Source: Vicugna vicugna (taxonomy: Eukaryota). Taken from it: a stretch of DNA of 42,873 nucleotides. Shown here piece by piece: positions 22,619 to 33,440 of this stretch (positions within the stretch are counted from its first letter, which is position 1; each line of letters opens with the position of its first letter). The notes beneath the pieces were generated by a model. The model made no database searches, had not been told where the DNA came from, and saw only the letters and a program-made list of their open reading frames with translations. The position numbers and the translations under genes are program-made. Where the stretch lies: the NCBI GenBank assembly GCA_013265495.1, contig MU058221.1:4714001-4756873 (forward strand), given 5' to 3'.

Positions 22619-22852
22619 TGGGTGGGAAGGGGTAAATTGGGAATCCGAGATTTGCAGACACTAACTACTATATATAAAATAGATAAACAACAAGTTTCTG
22701 CTGTGTAGCACAGGGAACTATATTCAGTATTTCATAGTAACCTATAATGGAGAAGAATATGAAAAGAAATATATGTATGTATGTGGATGACTGAATCATT
22801 AGGCTGTACACCAGAAATTGACACAATGTTGTAAACTGAGTACACTTCAGTT
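22619..22852 (+). mobile_element. 5'-truncated cetartiodactyl L1 3' UTR
   Basis: 'gggtgggaaggggtaaattggga...tatataaaatagataaacaacaag...gctgtacaccagaaattgacacaa'. Confidence 0.9.
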
Positions 22853-23580
22853 TTTTTTAAAAAGGGGTTAAAAAAATTTTTGCATGTGCCTCTGCCACTC
22901 AGGAAAAAAAAATCCTGGGTACCAGTACGGAGTGACTGCCTCCGGTATAAGAGCGTGGTTCTCGCATCTTCTCCACCGTCCCCATCTCCGCCCTTCCCTG
23001 ACTCCTGGGTGGCTACTCTCACTTGCTTTCTCTGCCTGGCCCCTCAGGTACACCCAACCCCCTACTGAGGGTTTCTAAGGGAAATAGAGGAGTTGGCTCC
23101 TCAACCCTCCTCTTTGGTTTGAGGGAGAAAGAGATGGGGGGGGCACCCTGTGGCTTCTTTTCACCTTTAAAAAATGTTTTGCAATTCTTGGCTAAATTTA
23201 AAATGTGAACCAGCAAAGAAAAGGCACGGTGGGGAGAGAGGCAGGGGACAAAGCCCCTCCCTGGAGGGAAAACAAGTCTAGATTTAGAAACTGCCAGGAG
23301 CTGTTTCCTCCCACGGCCGTGGCCTTGAACGTGCCGTGGAAGGAGGACTTCAGCCAGGACTTAGGAGGCACTGGAGGTCCCGCCTTTGTGGTGGCCATGT
23401 GGCCGTTACACTTTGGTTTCAGTTTTAAGCACGTGGCTTTAAAGGGGACTTCCCCCTTCAGAGCAGGAAGAGTTGACAACTGGAACAGCCCCAGAGCAAG
23501 GAGCAAACCGAGCTGAACTCAAACAGCTACAGCTGGTGAGCCGTAAAGCCCGAGATGCTGGAGTTACCCGCACAGCTGCA

Positions 23581-23690
23581 GCCAGCAGCTGGGGCCAGCC
23601 AGGCGCCCGTCAGGCCGGAGCCTCGGGACCTGACACGGTCCAAACCCCGAGGCTTGTGAAGGCACAAAGCCTTTCGCAGGGAGTTGGAAA
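23581..23690 (+). repeat. Copy 1 of a 110-bp diverged local duplication
   Basis: Aligns without gaps to 26363-26472 at 87/110 identity (manual alignment). Confidence 0.9.
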
Positions 23691-23929
23691 AGGAAATGAA
23701 AGTTAACATTAGGTTGAGCAGCTACTGGTAACACTGAAAATTCAAGTCTAGTCGGTGTGAAGAAAGACGGCTTTCTGGTGGAGGATACAGGATCATTGCA
23801 ACCGAATCAGCCAGGCACACCCTTCCAGAGACACAATATGCGATCCCCCTCCTTATCCTCAGTGAAGGAAAGTAGGGAGAGGAGTGCTATTAAAAAAAAA
23901 AAAAGACATCACATTTAATAAGATACTAC

Positions 23930-24415
23930 ATTAAAATTTCAAATGGTAAAAAGTACACAGTGACATTTCCCTCTCCTCATTCCTTGGGAACCCAGTTCCT
24001 CTCCCCAAAGGAGTTCTAAGGCTTTTTTGTTTCCATCCAGAGCTAGTTTGTACATATACAAGATACATATATAATTTTTCCTCCTTTTTTCTTAAAAGGG
24101 CAGCATATTGTAACACAGTTCAGACACTTGCTTTTTCACTTCTCAGTGTATCATGGAGAATGTTCCAGAGCAGCACATACAGAGCTTCCTCTCTGATTTT
24201 ATAGTTGCATAGTATTCCTTTGTGTTATCTGTGTTATCACATCATCTTTTTTTTTAATTAACGTTGAACATTAAGATTATTCCCAGTCTTTGTTACTACC
24301 ATCAGTGCTACAGTGAAAAAACCTTGTATATATATAATTTCTTATATATACAAGGAAAGATACAGTCCCTGAAGAGAAGATGCTGGAAAACATTTGCTAG
24401 TTATTGCCAAATTTT
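23930..24415 (-). mobile_element. Ancient L1 (L1ME-like) 3' fragment
   Basis: 'acttgctttttcactt...atagttgcatagtattcc...gaacattaagattattcccagtc...ttattgccaaatt'. Confidence 0.65.
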
Positions 24416-24434
24416 CCTAAATAAAATCCGTGCC

Positions 24435-24728
24435 CAGACTCACAGACACAGAGAACAAACTGATGGTTACCAGGGTTAGGGGAGGGAGTGGGAAGAGACA
24501 AATTGGGAGTTTGAAATTTGTAGACACTCACTGCTGTATATGAAATAGATAAACAACAAGTTTCTACTGTACAGCACAGGGGACTATGTTCAATATCTTG
24601 TAGTGACCTATAATGAAAAAGAATATGAAAACGAATAAATGTATGTATGTGTATGACTGAACGATGATGCTGTACACCAGAAATTGACACGACGTCGTAA
24701 ACTGACTATACTTCAATTAAAAAAAAAA
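24435..24728 (+). mobile_element. 5'-truncated L1 3' UTR with TSD
   Basis: L1 3' UTR; flanks aaataaaatccgtgcc (24419-24434) / aaaaaaaatccatgcc (24721-24736). Confidence 0.92.
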
Positions 24729-25659
24729 TCCATGCCAACTTTACCCTCCCCTTTGCAATATGGGGCCCGTGTTCCAGGCACAAATTGAGATGATTGCAGC
24801 CCCCTGGTGCTGAGAAACGGCACAGATGGCTCAGCCGCAGGGGAAAAGGCTGCTCCTTCCTTCCAAAGCTTTTCCTTTGTACCTTTATTCTTTGCAGTCA
24901 TCAGATTCAAGACGGTCATTTGTTAAGGCGATCTCCCCAACTCTGGCTTGTGAACCCCCCAAAAAACTAACTTTAGGCCTTATCTACCCTCATACTTCCA
25001 GTACCCGGTCCAGAGTAGGAGATCAGTAAATGTTTATTAGATGCGTGAGCAAATGAATAAACTGGGCTGCTAGCTCCCATCTAGGAAAAAGAATTGGAAA
25101 CCTGTAGAATAAGGGCTAAGGCTGGAATAACCTTAAGAGATTTCTTGATTCCCTGAACTAGCCTGTGTTTCGGGTTTTGTCTCCTCATCTGTCTATCCCT
25201 GGAGAGATTAGCAGCTAAATATCAAAGACCAAAACTTTGCAGGCAGCTGGAGGATCCTGGCTCAGCCAGCAGGCATCTTCACCCTTTGGGCCCCCCTGGA
25301 CTGTACAGCCGGGATGCAGCTTCCACCCAAGTCCCAGGCCGTGACTCAGCGGTGCCGTGTTTCCATCCTGCATGGAAGGATTTCCCAAAAGCTGCCAACT
25401 ACCAGGCACTTGGCTGTCTGAGCTCTGCCTGGGTGGGGTTTCAGAGCTTTGCCCTCCCACCCAAAGTGAACATTTGTTGCTTCCCCAAACACCCCAAGGA
25501 TTCATTCCTCCTTATCCAGCACGAGAGCCTGCTGCTGGCCCTCGACATCAGAGGTGGGTTCAGGGGCCAACAAACAATCAGACTGGCCGCATGGGAGGGA
25601 CCCTCAGGGCCTTGCTGAAGGCTCTTCTAGATAAGAGGCTCACTCCTTCCGCCTAGAAC

Positions 25660-25916
25660 TGGGCCAGAAAGGAATGGGCTGGAGCTACTGCAGCCATTTT
25701 TTGCCACTGCGAGCTTGCCGAGAATAGAGCCTAAAGACAGGAGGTGAGATTAAATCACCAAGGAATGAACTCGAGGTCCTGATATTTCTATCCCGCCAGG
25801 GCTAAAGTTAGATTTACCCTCCTGGAGTTTTGAGTTATGTTAGCCAATAAACTCCCTTTCTGCTTAAACCTGTGCATGCCAGGCTTTTGGTTTTAGGCAA
25901 GAAACAGCCCTAACAC
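25660..25916 (+). mobile_element. MaLR LTR 3' part (MLT1J/K-like)
   Basis: 'ctggagctactgcagccatt...gccaataaactccctttctgcttaaacc...ccctaaca'. Confidence 0.7.
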
Positions 25917-26362
25917 GTGACCCCCCGAGCATGGATCACATGAGACACTATTTTGCAAGCTGCCAGAGGCCAGAGCTGGAGGCTTGGCTGTAGGTAAGAG
26001 GTTCCTTGTGAAGATTAATGAAAAGAAAAGGTTCCTGGAATACACTGGTGAAGCAAAGACACTAAGCCAGAAAGAGGTATTCTGCCCTGCACTGAGACAC
26101 AACAGACGCATTAGTCATGGAAGAGAACGGGAAGTGGGTGAGTCAAAAGCCAAGCCTGCGGGTTGTTAGCTCAGCCCAGGAGTGGCGACGGGGCTGTCAG
26201 TCAACCTCTTTGACCGAGAAAGACAATAATAAATGATTTTCATTGTTTGGTGCCACTACACACTGAATGACTGGAACAACCCTCTTTCCCACGTCTGCTT
26301 TCCTTTCACATCTCCTGCCTTGGTTAGTGCCACTATCACCAAGCTGGAGGGTCCACACACCT

Positions 26363-26472
26363 GCCAGCAGCTGGACCCAGCCAGGTGACCTGCAGGTCGG
26401 AGACCCAGGACCTGGCACAGACCGAACCCTGGGGTTTGTGAAAGCACAAAGCCTTTCACAGCAGGTGGGAAA
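26363..26472 (+). repeat. Copy 2 of the 110-bp diverged local duplication
   Basis: See 23581-23690; right end abuts the MER21-like LTR. Confidence 0.9.
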
Positions 26473-26476
26473 TCTA

Positions 26477-27400
26477 TGTGTATCTTTGGGTTTTGATACG
26501 TAATACATTTGGGTTTTGTCCCTTGGAATCTCCAGGGAAATGAGAGCGTCTTTTGTATGTTAATGAAATGACTGGCAGATGGGGACCCTTAGACAGACCT
26601 AGATGGGATGGATGCTGGTCACCTGAAAGACCAAGAAATAATTAGGGACTTGTAACTTTCAGTCTTAACCCCCGACATCTGGGAAGGGAAAAGGGGCTGG
26701 AGATTACCAACAGCCAATGATTTAATCATCCAGGCCTCTGTAATAAAACCACCATGAAAATCCTTAAATGATGCAGCTCAAAGACCTTCTGGGTTGGTAG
26801 ACATGTTGAGGTGTCAGGAGGTGGCACACCCAGAGGGCACAGCCATACCACCTCTCCCCAACACCTTGCTTGCCCTACGCATCTCTTCTGTTTTTTGTCT
26901 TAAAAAAAATGGGGGGAGGTAGTAATTCAGTTTAATTTTTAATTTTTTTTCAATAGAGGTACCGGGGATTGAACCCAGGACCTCGTGCACGCTAAGCACG
27001 CCCCCTACCACTGAGCTATGCCCTTCCCGCATCTCTTCTGTCTGGCTCTCCTTGAGTTGTGTGCTTTATAATACACTGGTGAATGTGAGTAAAGTATTTC
27101 CCTGAGTTCTGTGAGCCATTCTAGCAAATTACTGGCCCTGTAGAGGGGGTTGCAGAAGCCCCCCACTGACAGCTGGTGGGTCAGCCGTGCAGGTGGGAAC
27201 CTGGGACTTGCTTCTGGCGTGTGAAGTAGAGGCAGTCTTGTGGGGCTGAGCCCTTAACCTGCGGAGTCTGACACTAACGCCGGGAGATATTGCCAGAATC
27301 GAATAGAATTGTTGGACACCCCTCTGGGGTCTGGAGAGTTGGAGAACTGGCTGGTGTGAGGGAAAAGCCCTCACGCTGGTTGTCAGAGTACTGTAAGTAA
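26477..27400 (+). mobile_element. MER21-like LTR, interrupted by a SINE
   Basis: Colinear recalled MER21 blocks 'cttttgtatgttaatgaaatgactgg', 'gccaatgatttaatca', 'cctgagttctgtgagccattctagcaaatta', 'gcagtcttgtggggctgagcccttaacctg'. Strand is relative to the recalled consensus. Confidence 0.85.
26892..27027 (-). mobile_element. tRNA-Ala-derived SINE (Vic-1-like) with 14-bp TSD
   Basis: Perfect TSD CGCATCTCTTCTGT at 26878-26891 and 27028-27041; A and B boxes on the minus strand. Confidence 0.93.
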
Positions 27401-27699
27401 GAACGGCTCAGACCTCCCCTACTTCCAAACCGGAGAACCTGGCGTCGTCTTAGATGCCACCTGCTCACTGCCCGCCCTCAGCACCGCCCCGCCCAGTCAC
27501 TTGACAGGTTATCCTGAGTCAACCTCCCAAACAGCCCTCATTTCCCCCCTAAGCCTTTTGTTCATCTGTTTACTCATCCAGCCCGGTATTTACTCATCAC
27601 CTTTCCCGTGCCATGTTTTTTATACCAAGTGTTGGAAACCAAAGACTAGGGAGATCTGGCCCCTGCCTTAGGAAAACCACAGTCCAGAGGTAATTTAGA

Positions 27700-27856
27700 A
27701 GGAAGGTACGGCTCAAGCGATAGAGGGCGTGCTTAGCATGCAGAAGGCCGGTTCAATCCCTGGTACCTCTTCTAAAAAAAAAAAAAAAACAAACCTATTA
27801 TCTCTCCACAAAATTTTTAAAAATTAAATTAAAAAGAGCAAAATAAATAAATAAAA
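27700..27856 (+). mobile_element. tRNA-Ala-derived SINE (Vic-1-like), long-tail variant
   Basis: 'ggaaggtacggctcaagcgatagagggcgtgcttagcatgcagaaggccggttcaatccctggtacctc' plus A-rich tail. Confidence 0.85.
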
Positions 27857-28595
27857 GTTTAAAGGCTGAAGGAGAGCTGGCCATGCCAAGAAGGGAGAAG
27901 GGAACATAAGCAGAGCGGGCAGCTTGGAGAACAACCCAGAGGTAAGGGCAGCATGGACAAGAGATCGTTAACTGCTCTCGCCACCCATTCTCCTCCGCCA
28001 GAAAGTCTCTCTAAAGCTCAAATTTGACTTCCTGGCTGTAACCCTCCACTAGTTCCCCTTCCTGATCTGTGGCCTCTCAGCCTCACCTCTCAGCTTCTTA
28101 GGGTGCCCCTGGCAGTATTTCCCGTCTCTGGACCGTCATCTCTGCTCCTCCGTCTGCCTGGAATGTCCCGCCTACCTTGCTTGATGTGGCGAACTCCTAT
28201 TCACACTTCAGAGTGACTCAGCTGTGACTCAGACGTGACTTGTTGCACAAGGATCCCCTCTCACCGGCACTCACCTCTGTGGCGCACGTATTCCAGGGCC
28301 GGGAACTCCACTTGCTTGCAAGTCTCCCTCCTGCTCCGGCTGTGAGGGGCACGGGCACCAGGACTGGCCTGCAATGGTTCTCCAGCAAGGCTCTGACTTC
28401 TCAGCTGACCTACCTCCTCTTTCTCCGTGAATCTGTGTCGACTCCCACTTAGAACCATGTGATGCTGTGGCTTAGAGGCACTGGGTAACAGTGACTGTGA
28501 TTATGAGATTGTCCTACTTTATGGAACATACAAATTTATGTACATTATGACTAAGACTAGTAAAACGCGTTTGTATTTAAAAAAATCACAATGAA

Positions 28596-28698
28596 GGGTA
28601 GAGTATGCGCTTAGCATGCATGAGGGTCTGGGTTCAATCCCCAGTAACTCCATTAAAAATAAATAAGACTAATTACCTCCCTCCCCACCCAAAAAAAA
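28596..28698 (+). mobile_element. 5'-truncated tRNA-Ala-derived SINE (Vic-1-like)
   Basis: 'ggtagagtatgcgcttagcatgcatgagggtctgggttcaatccccagtaactccatt...aattacctccc'. Confidence 0.85.
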
Positions 28699-29017
28699 TC
28701 CCAAATGCAGCTGAATTGTATTTAATTACAAAAGCAAAGCTCTTTCTGTGGACAGCATTCAAGCAACAAGCTAAGAAAGACAGCCCATCTGTACCAGCCT
28801 CCCACTTCCTGAATCCTAATCACAGATACGACAATTATTAAGTTCTGGGTGTGTGTCCTTTAAGACTTTTTCAGGCCGATACAAATGTGTCTGCAATTTT
28901 GCACACACCACCCCCAAAGTACACGTATGTATTTAAACAACTTGATGGATCTCTTTGTCAAGACATGTAATCCTATTTGGTTCTCTTTAATAGCCGCACA
29001 GTAAGAGTTCATCGTAT

Positions 29018-29226
29018 CAGAGGTCAGCAAACCACGGCCTCCAGGCCAGAGACGGCCGGCCCAGCATCCAAATCAAGTTTCACTGGCTCACAGCCGAGCC
29101 CATTCATTTCCGCATTGTCTGGGGCTGCTTTTGCAGGACAGCAGTTGAGATGAATAGTTGCATCCGAGACACAAAGCCTGAAACATCACTCTCTGGCCCT
29201 TTACAGAAAGCGTGTGCCAAACCCCG
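29018..29226 (+). mobile_element. MER58A-like hAT-Charlie MITE
   Basis: 'cagaggtcagcaaac' ... 'tctggccctttacagaaagcgtgtgccaaaccccg' termini. Confidence 0.85.
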
Positions 29227-30382
29227 CACTGCATGGCTGTCCGAGCTCTATTTAATTAGCCCCTTATTAAACACATTTACATTGTTTCCATGTGTTCGCC
29301 ATTACAAACAATTCCACCATCGACACTTTTTTTCCTCCAGCGTTAACACCAGTTGATTAACTACCACTGTGGGGATCCAGGAGTGAGAACACGACCCAGT
29401 GTGAACCCAGTGTGTCCACACAGAAAGATTTCCTTTCAAGAGGAGTCATCACTGGAGTCCAGTGGCTCATGGAGGGAATTCTGGGATGATGAGCAATTGC
29501 CAAAAGTCACTGAGATCTTGTTTTCATGAAAACAGGACACTCATTCACCAAAAAACATCAGAGCACCCTCCAGGGTCCAGGATTAGGTGAAAATTCAGGG
29601 ATGTAAGACAATGAAAAATAGACACTAGCAACCAATGGCTTGTTCTCCATGGTGGTGGGACATAAAGGAGCCCAAAAAGGGAGAAAAGAAAAGGAAAGGA
29701 AATTACTGATTACCCACCTTGTGTGCCAAGCATGTGAGCTGGATGCTGTATATACAGGCATGGTCTTCCAAGTGTTAGCTGACCATTATCGCCTGTGCAT
29801 CAGCCAGTCAGAACAGACGCAGGCCTTAAATAACTGGTATCACTGAACCGGTGCGAATCGCTGAATATTGTGCTGCCCACATTTAAGCCTTGATTTAATC
29901 CCACTGTGATACACCACAGCATCTCATGGTTATGAGTGGGAGTCTACACAGATTCATGGAGAAAGAGGAGGCAGGTCAGCTGAGAAGTCAGAGCCTTGGC
30001 TGGGAAGGAGGGCTGTGTCTTTTACCCCACTGTAAAGCACCCGACAGCCGAGAAGAATGGCCCTGGGGGAAAACTTGAACCTGCACAGCATTTATCCTCC
30101 TTCAAGGAAGCCTTGGGAATGATCCCCTCCGCTCCAATTGCCAAAAGCAACCAAAGAAGCAATTACTGTGCACAGTCTCAGCCTGTACTGGGGAACGTGG
30201 ATAGTGCGTGGAGAGTCGAAGTTATCCATTGTTACAGATATTTCCCCAAAGAACATCTACTAATGGTCAATAATGTATGAAAAGATGCTCAGCATCATTA
30301 GCAATTAGAGAACAGATCAAAGCCACAGTGAGGTAGAGCTTCACTCCCCCTAGGACGGCTCTAGTAAAAGGTGTACAGTGAT

Positions 30383-30471
30383 GGGGTGGGGGGCACAGCT
30401 CAGTGGTGCAGCGCTGCTTAGCATGCACCAGGTCCTGGGTTCAAGCCCCAGCCTCTCCATTAAAAAAAAAA
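30383..30471 (+). mobile_element. tRNA-Ala-derived SINE, short form
   Basis: 'cagctcagtggtgcagcgctgcttagcatgcaccaggtcctgggttcaagcccca' + poly(A); degenerate TSD aaaaggtgtacagtgat / aaaagatggacaacgat. Confidence 0.85.
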
Positions 30472-30815
30472 GATGGACAACGATAAGTGTTGGCAAGGAC
30501 GTGTGGATGCTGGGGAGCCTTCATATATTGCAGATGGGAATGTGAAATAGTGCAGCCACTGTGGGAAAACAGTTCGGTGGTTCCCCAAAAACATAAACTG
30601 AGAGTTCCCTACCCGGCAACTCTACTCCTGAGCATATACTCAAGAGAAACAGAAGCACGTCCACACAAAAACTTGTACGCAAACATCCACAGCAGTATTA
30701 TTCAATTAGCCAAAAAGTGTAAAAAAACACAAATATCTATCGATGGATGAATGGGTAAACAGAAGGTGGTGTATCCACATGAGAGTATCATTCACCCATA
30801 AAAAGAAATGAATGC

Positions 30816-31103
30816 GGGTGGGAAGGGATAAATTGGGAGTTTGAGATTTGCAGACACTAACTACTACATATAAAATAGATAAACAACAAGGTCCTACTGT
30901 ACAGCACAGGTGACTATATTCAATATCTTGTAATAAGCTATAATGAAGAAGAATATGAAAGAGAATATATGCAATATCTTGGAGTAACCTAGAATTAAAA
31001 AGAATATATGTATGTATGTGTATGAGTGAAATATTACGCTGTACACTAGACACTGACACAACATTGCAAACTGACTAGACTGCAATTAGTAAATTAAAAA
31101 AAA
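30816..31103 (+). mobile_element. 5'-truncated L1 3' UTR with perfect 16-bp TSD and an internal ~40-bp duplication
   Basis: TSD AAAAAGAAATGAATGC at 30800-30815 and 31104-31119; 'caatatcttg...agaatat' occurs twice. Confidence 0.92.
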
Positions 31104-31749
31104 AAAAAGAAATGAATGCTACGTGTTACAACACAGGGAAGTCTTGAAAACACCGTGCTAAGTGAGAGAAGAGATACAAAGAGCCACACACATGTTGTAT
31201 GACTCCATTTATGTGAAATGTCCAGAATAAGCAGCTCCAGGGACTGGAAGTGAATTATTGGTAGCCGGGGCTGGGGGGAGGGAGAAAGGGAGTGACGGCT
31301 AACAGACTCGGAGATGAACTAGTCGCCCATAGTGGGCTGGTGGCACAGCTCTGTGAATATCCTAAAATCTGCCCAGTTCACCCTTTAAAGGGGTGAATTC
31401 TACGGGAGGTGACTAGCACTCACAGGTACACACTGCTATACTGATGAGCTTCATTGCTGATGTAACAGTTCACACCCAAAGTTCTCTCTCTTCCGTTTTG
31501 GTACCCACTCCTGAGGTCTCCTTCCAGCGAATCCTGCGGGTTCCTTCTGCAAACCCAGTGCCCTGCTCAGCCCTGCCACTGACGGGACCCACTTCATGCT
31601 GTGCTTCCCCGCTGGTCCTGCGGGCCCCACGCCACACTTCAGCCCAGCCCGCCGGATTGCTTCCAGCACTCAGGGCCCTGCTCAGCCAGACTGCCACCCC
31701 GCTGGGGACGAAAGTCAGCGCCGCTCCAGGATGGGAAATGGCCTCATTA

Positions 31750-31815
31750 AAGAGAGAGAGAGAGAGAGAGATGGGGGGAAGGGAAGGAGGGAAGGAGGGA
31801 GACAGGGAAGGAAGG
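31750..31815. repeat. (GA)n plus GGAA/GGGA polypurine tract
   Basis: agagagagagagagagagagatgggggaagggaaggagggaaggaggga. Confidence 0.9.
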
Positions 31816-33039
31816 TTCCAGGTTCCTGGAAGCCAAATCTTGCTCTTGACTCATTTATTTATTTGATCTGCCAGAATTTTTCTTGTTTATTTTCTTTCTC
31901 TTTCCTTCCCTCCTGGAACCCGCTCATCCACCCATCCCACATTGTTCTTACAGACCAGGCTCAGGACCAGGCCCCGAGAAGGCCTCAGGTCTTCTCTCTC
32001 AGGCTTGTTCTTCCCTTCGGTGAAGCTTCTCCGCCTTCTCGATTATTCCCCGACGACCACCTGCCTGGCTTCTCCCAGCGGCCACAAGGCCTTGACGGCG
32101 GATGTCCTCTCTGTCCCCAGAGTCTGTCGGCAACACCTCAACAACTGGGACAACCCAAAACCCATTCTTTGTATCTTCCTATTTCAAGGCCCACGCTCAC
32201 TGGTGTCCAGTTCCCTGCCTAAGAGATGCCTGCTGCCCGCAGTCTATTCACAGTGAAGGAAACCAGTAGGTACCAGACACTCTCCGAGGTACCAGCTCCT
32301 CAGACTTCCCCGGGTCATTAGAGGAGTGAACAACCCTCAGTCTTCAGGAGGAGGGTCACTTGTAGCTAGCGAGCAGCAGGAGAGCCGACTTCACGGGGGC
32401 ATGGAACTGGATGAAAGGACTGTTGGTCACAAGCCAAGGGCAAAGCCAAAGGCACAGACCAGGAGGGAGTCCTGGCTCAGGAAAGGTCTGGGTGAGCCTC
32501 AGCAACCAGATACGTGGAACACAGTTTGGGGCCACATGGCAGGGGTCAGGGAGTGTCCAGCAAGCTTTGAAATAGGCTTACTGTTTTTAACTGCTCTGCC
32601 TGCCTCCTTCTTTGGGACCTAAACCTTACCTACTTTGGTTCCACAGTGACGATGACAACAGTAAGTAACCGTTAAACAGGCTCCCTCTGGGCCAGACATC
32701 ACGCTTGGTGTTCTACGTGAGGGAGTACACGCTCCTGGGTGGGCAGAGTGACGGTTGGTACTTCTAGGCCAGTGGTCCCTGAGGCCTCCCCATGAGGGTT
32801 CTGAAGAGTTGGCCTTAGTGGGATGGGGGACAGCAGAGACTCAGAGAGCAAGCACAGGGCACTGGGTTCCAAAGAGTCTAACAAACCCAGAACCGTGGTC
32901 GAGGTAGCCTGAGACAGAGGCCAGCAACAGAGGGACACGGCGAAGCTCAGCGTCAGGAACCAGGCAGCAGACAAGGATTAGAAAAGGCTTCGGAGCGAGG
33001 GCGTGGAGCTACAACACTTAGTCCCAATAAAGCGTGGTC

Positions 33040-33265
33040 TTTTTTTTTTTTTATTGAAGTATAGTTGGTTTACAATGCTGCATTGATTCCTGGTGTACAG
33101 CATAGTGATTCAGTTATACATACATACATATATTTCTTTTCACTTTCTTTTCTCATTATAGGCTATTACAAGGTACTGAATATAGTTCCCAGTGCTATAC
33201 AGTAGGAACCTTGCGGCGTATCTATTTGACACATAGTAGTCAGTATCTGCAAATCCTGAACTCCT
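33040..33265 (-). mobile_element. 5'-truncated L1 3' UTR
   Basis: Poly(T), then 'attgaagtatagttggtttacaa...tggtgtacagcatagtgattcag...tgctatacagtagg'. Confidence 0.9.
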
Positions 33266-33317
33266 CTGATCCTTTGGGATCACAGACATCCAATATTTTC
33301 ACCCTCCAGCATGAATG

Positions 33318-33440
33318 CATTGGTGGTTTATCATGAAGCTGTTGAAGCTTAAGCTTCAAGGTCTCTTGCTTCCTAAGGCCCTGTGTCTAATTTTGTGTTT
33401 CTTTCTTAAGAAATGTAAGCCTCAGGCTCCATCTGCCCTT
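33318..33440 (+). mobile_element. MER53-like hAT MITE, internally deleted
   Basis: 'tttatcatgaagctgttgaagcttaagcttcaagg...aaggccctgtgtctaattttgtg...taagcctcaggc...atctgccct'. Confidence 0.65.

Larger units (their letters stand above)
30240..31410 (+). mobile_element. L1MB-like ORF2 end/3' UTR hosting two younger insertions
   Basis: ORF remnant 'CRWECEIVQPLWENS'; interrupted by a SINE (30383-30471) and an L1 3' UTR (30816-31103). Confidence 0.88.

Noticed and set aside
23473..23706. Duplicated module as paralogous coding exons (shared VKAQSLSQ with ORF 26267-26503)
   Set aside because: Substitutions spread over all codon positions and are mostly non-synonymous; no shared splice sites seen.
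24795..24812. Additional CTCF-like matches (also ~5778, ~35038, ~42857)
   Set aside because: Two or more mismatches at informative core positions; not supportable without a PWM scan or ChIP.
29519..29534. Perfect 16-bp palindrome TGTTTTCATGAAAACA
   Set aside because: About 0.65 such palindromes are expected by chance in 43 kb (4^-8 per position).
29485..29540. ATGATGA ... CTGA as a C/D box snoRNA
   Set aside because: Boxes only ~20 nt apart, no terminal D box at a suitable distance, no terminal stem and no host intron.
29797..29920. Possible hAT transposon fragment
   Set aside because: Only a vague resemblance; no TIR pair or family identifiable.
31444..32256. 208-aa and neighbouring ORFs
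   Set aside because: Run through a (GA)n tract and low-complexity sequence; no recognisable domain.
33342..33359. 18-bp palindrome TTGAAGCTTAAGCTTCAA
   Set aside because: Largely part of the MER53-like element consensus.
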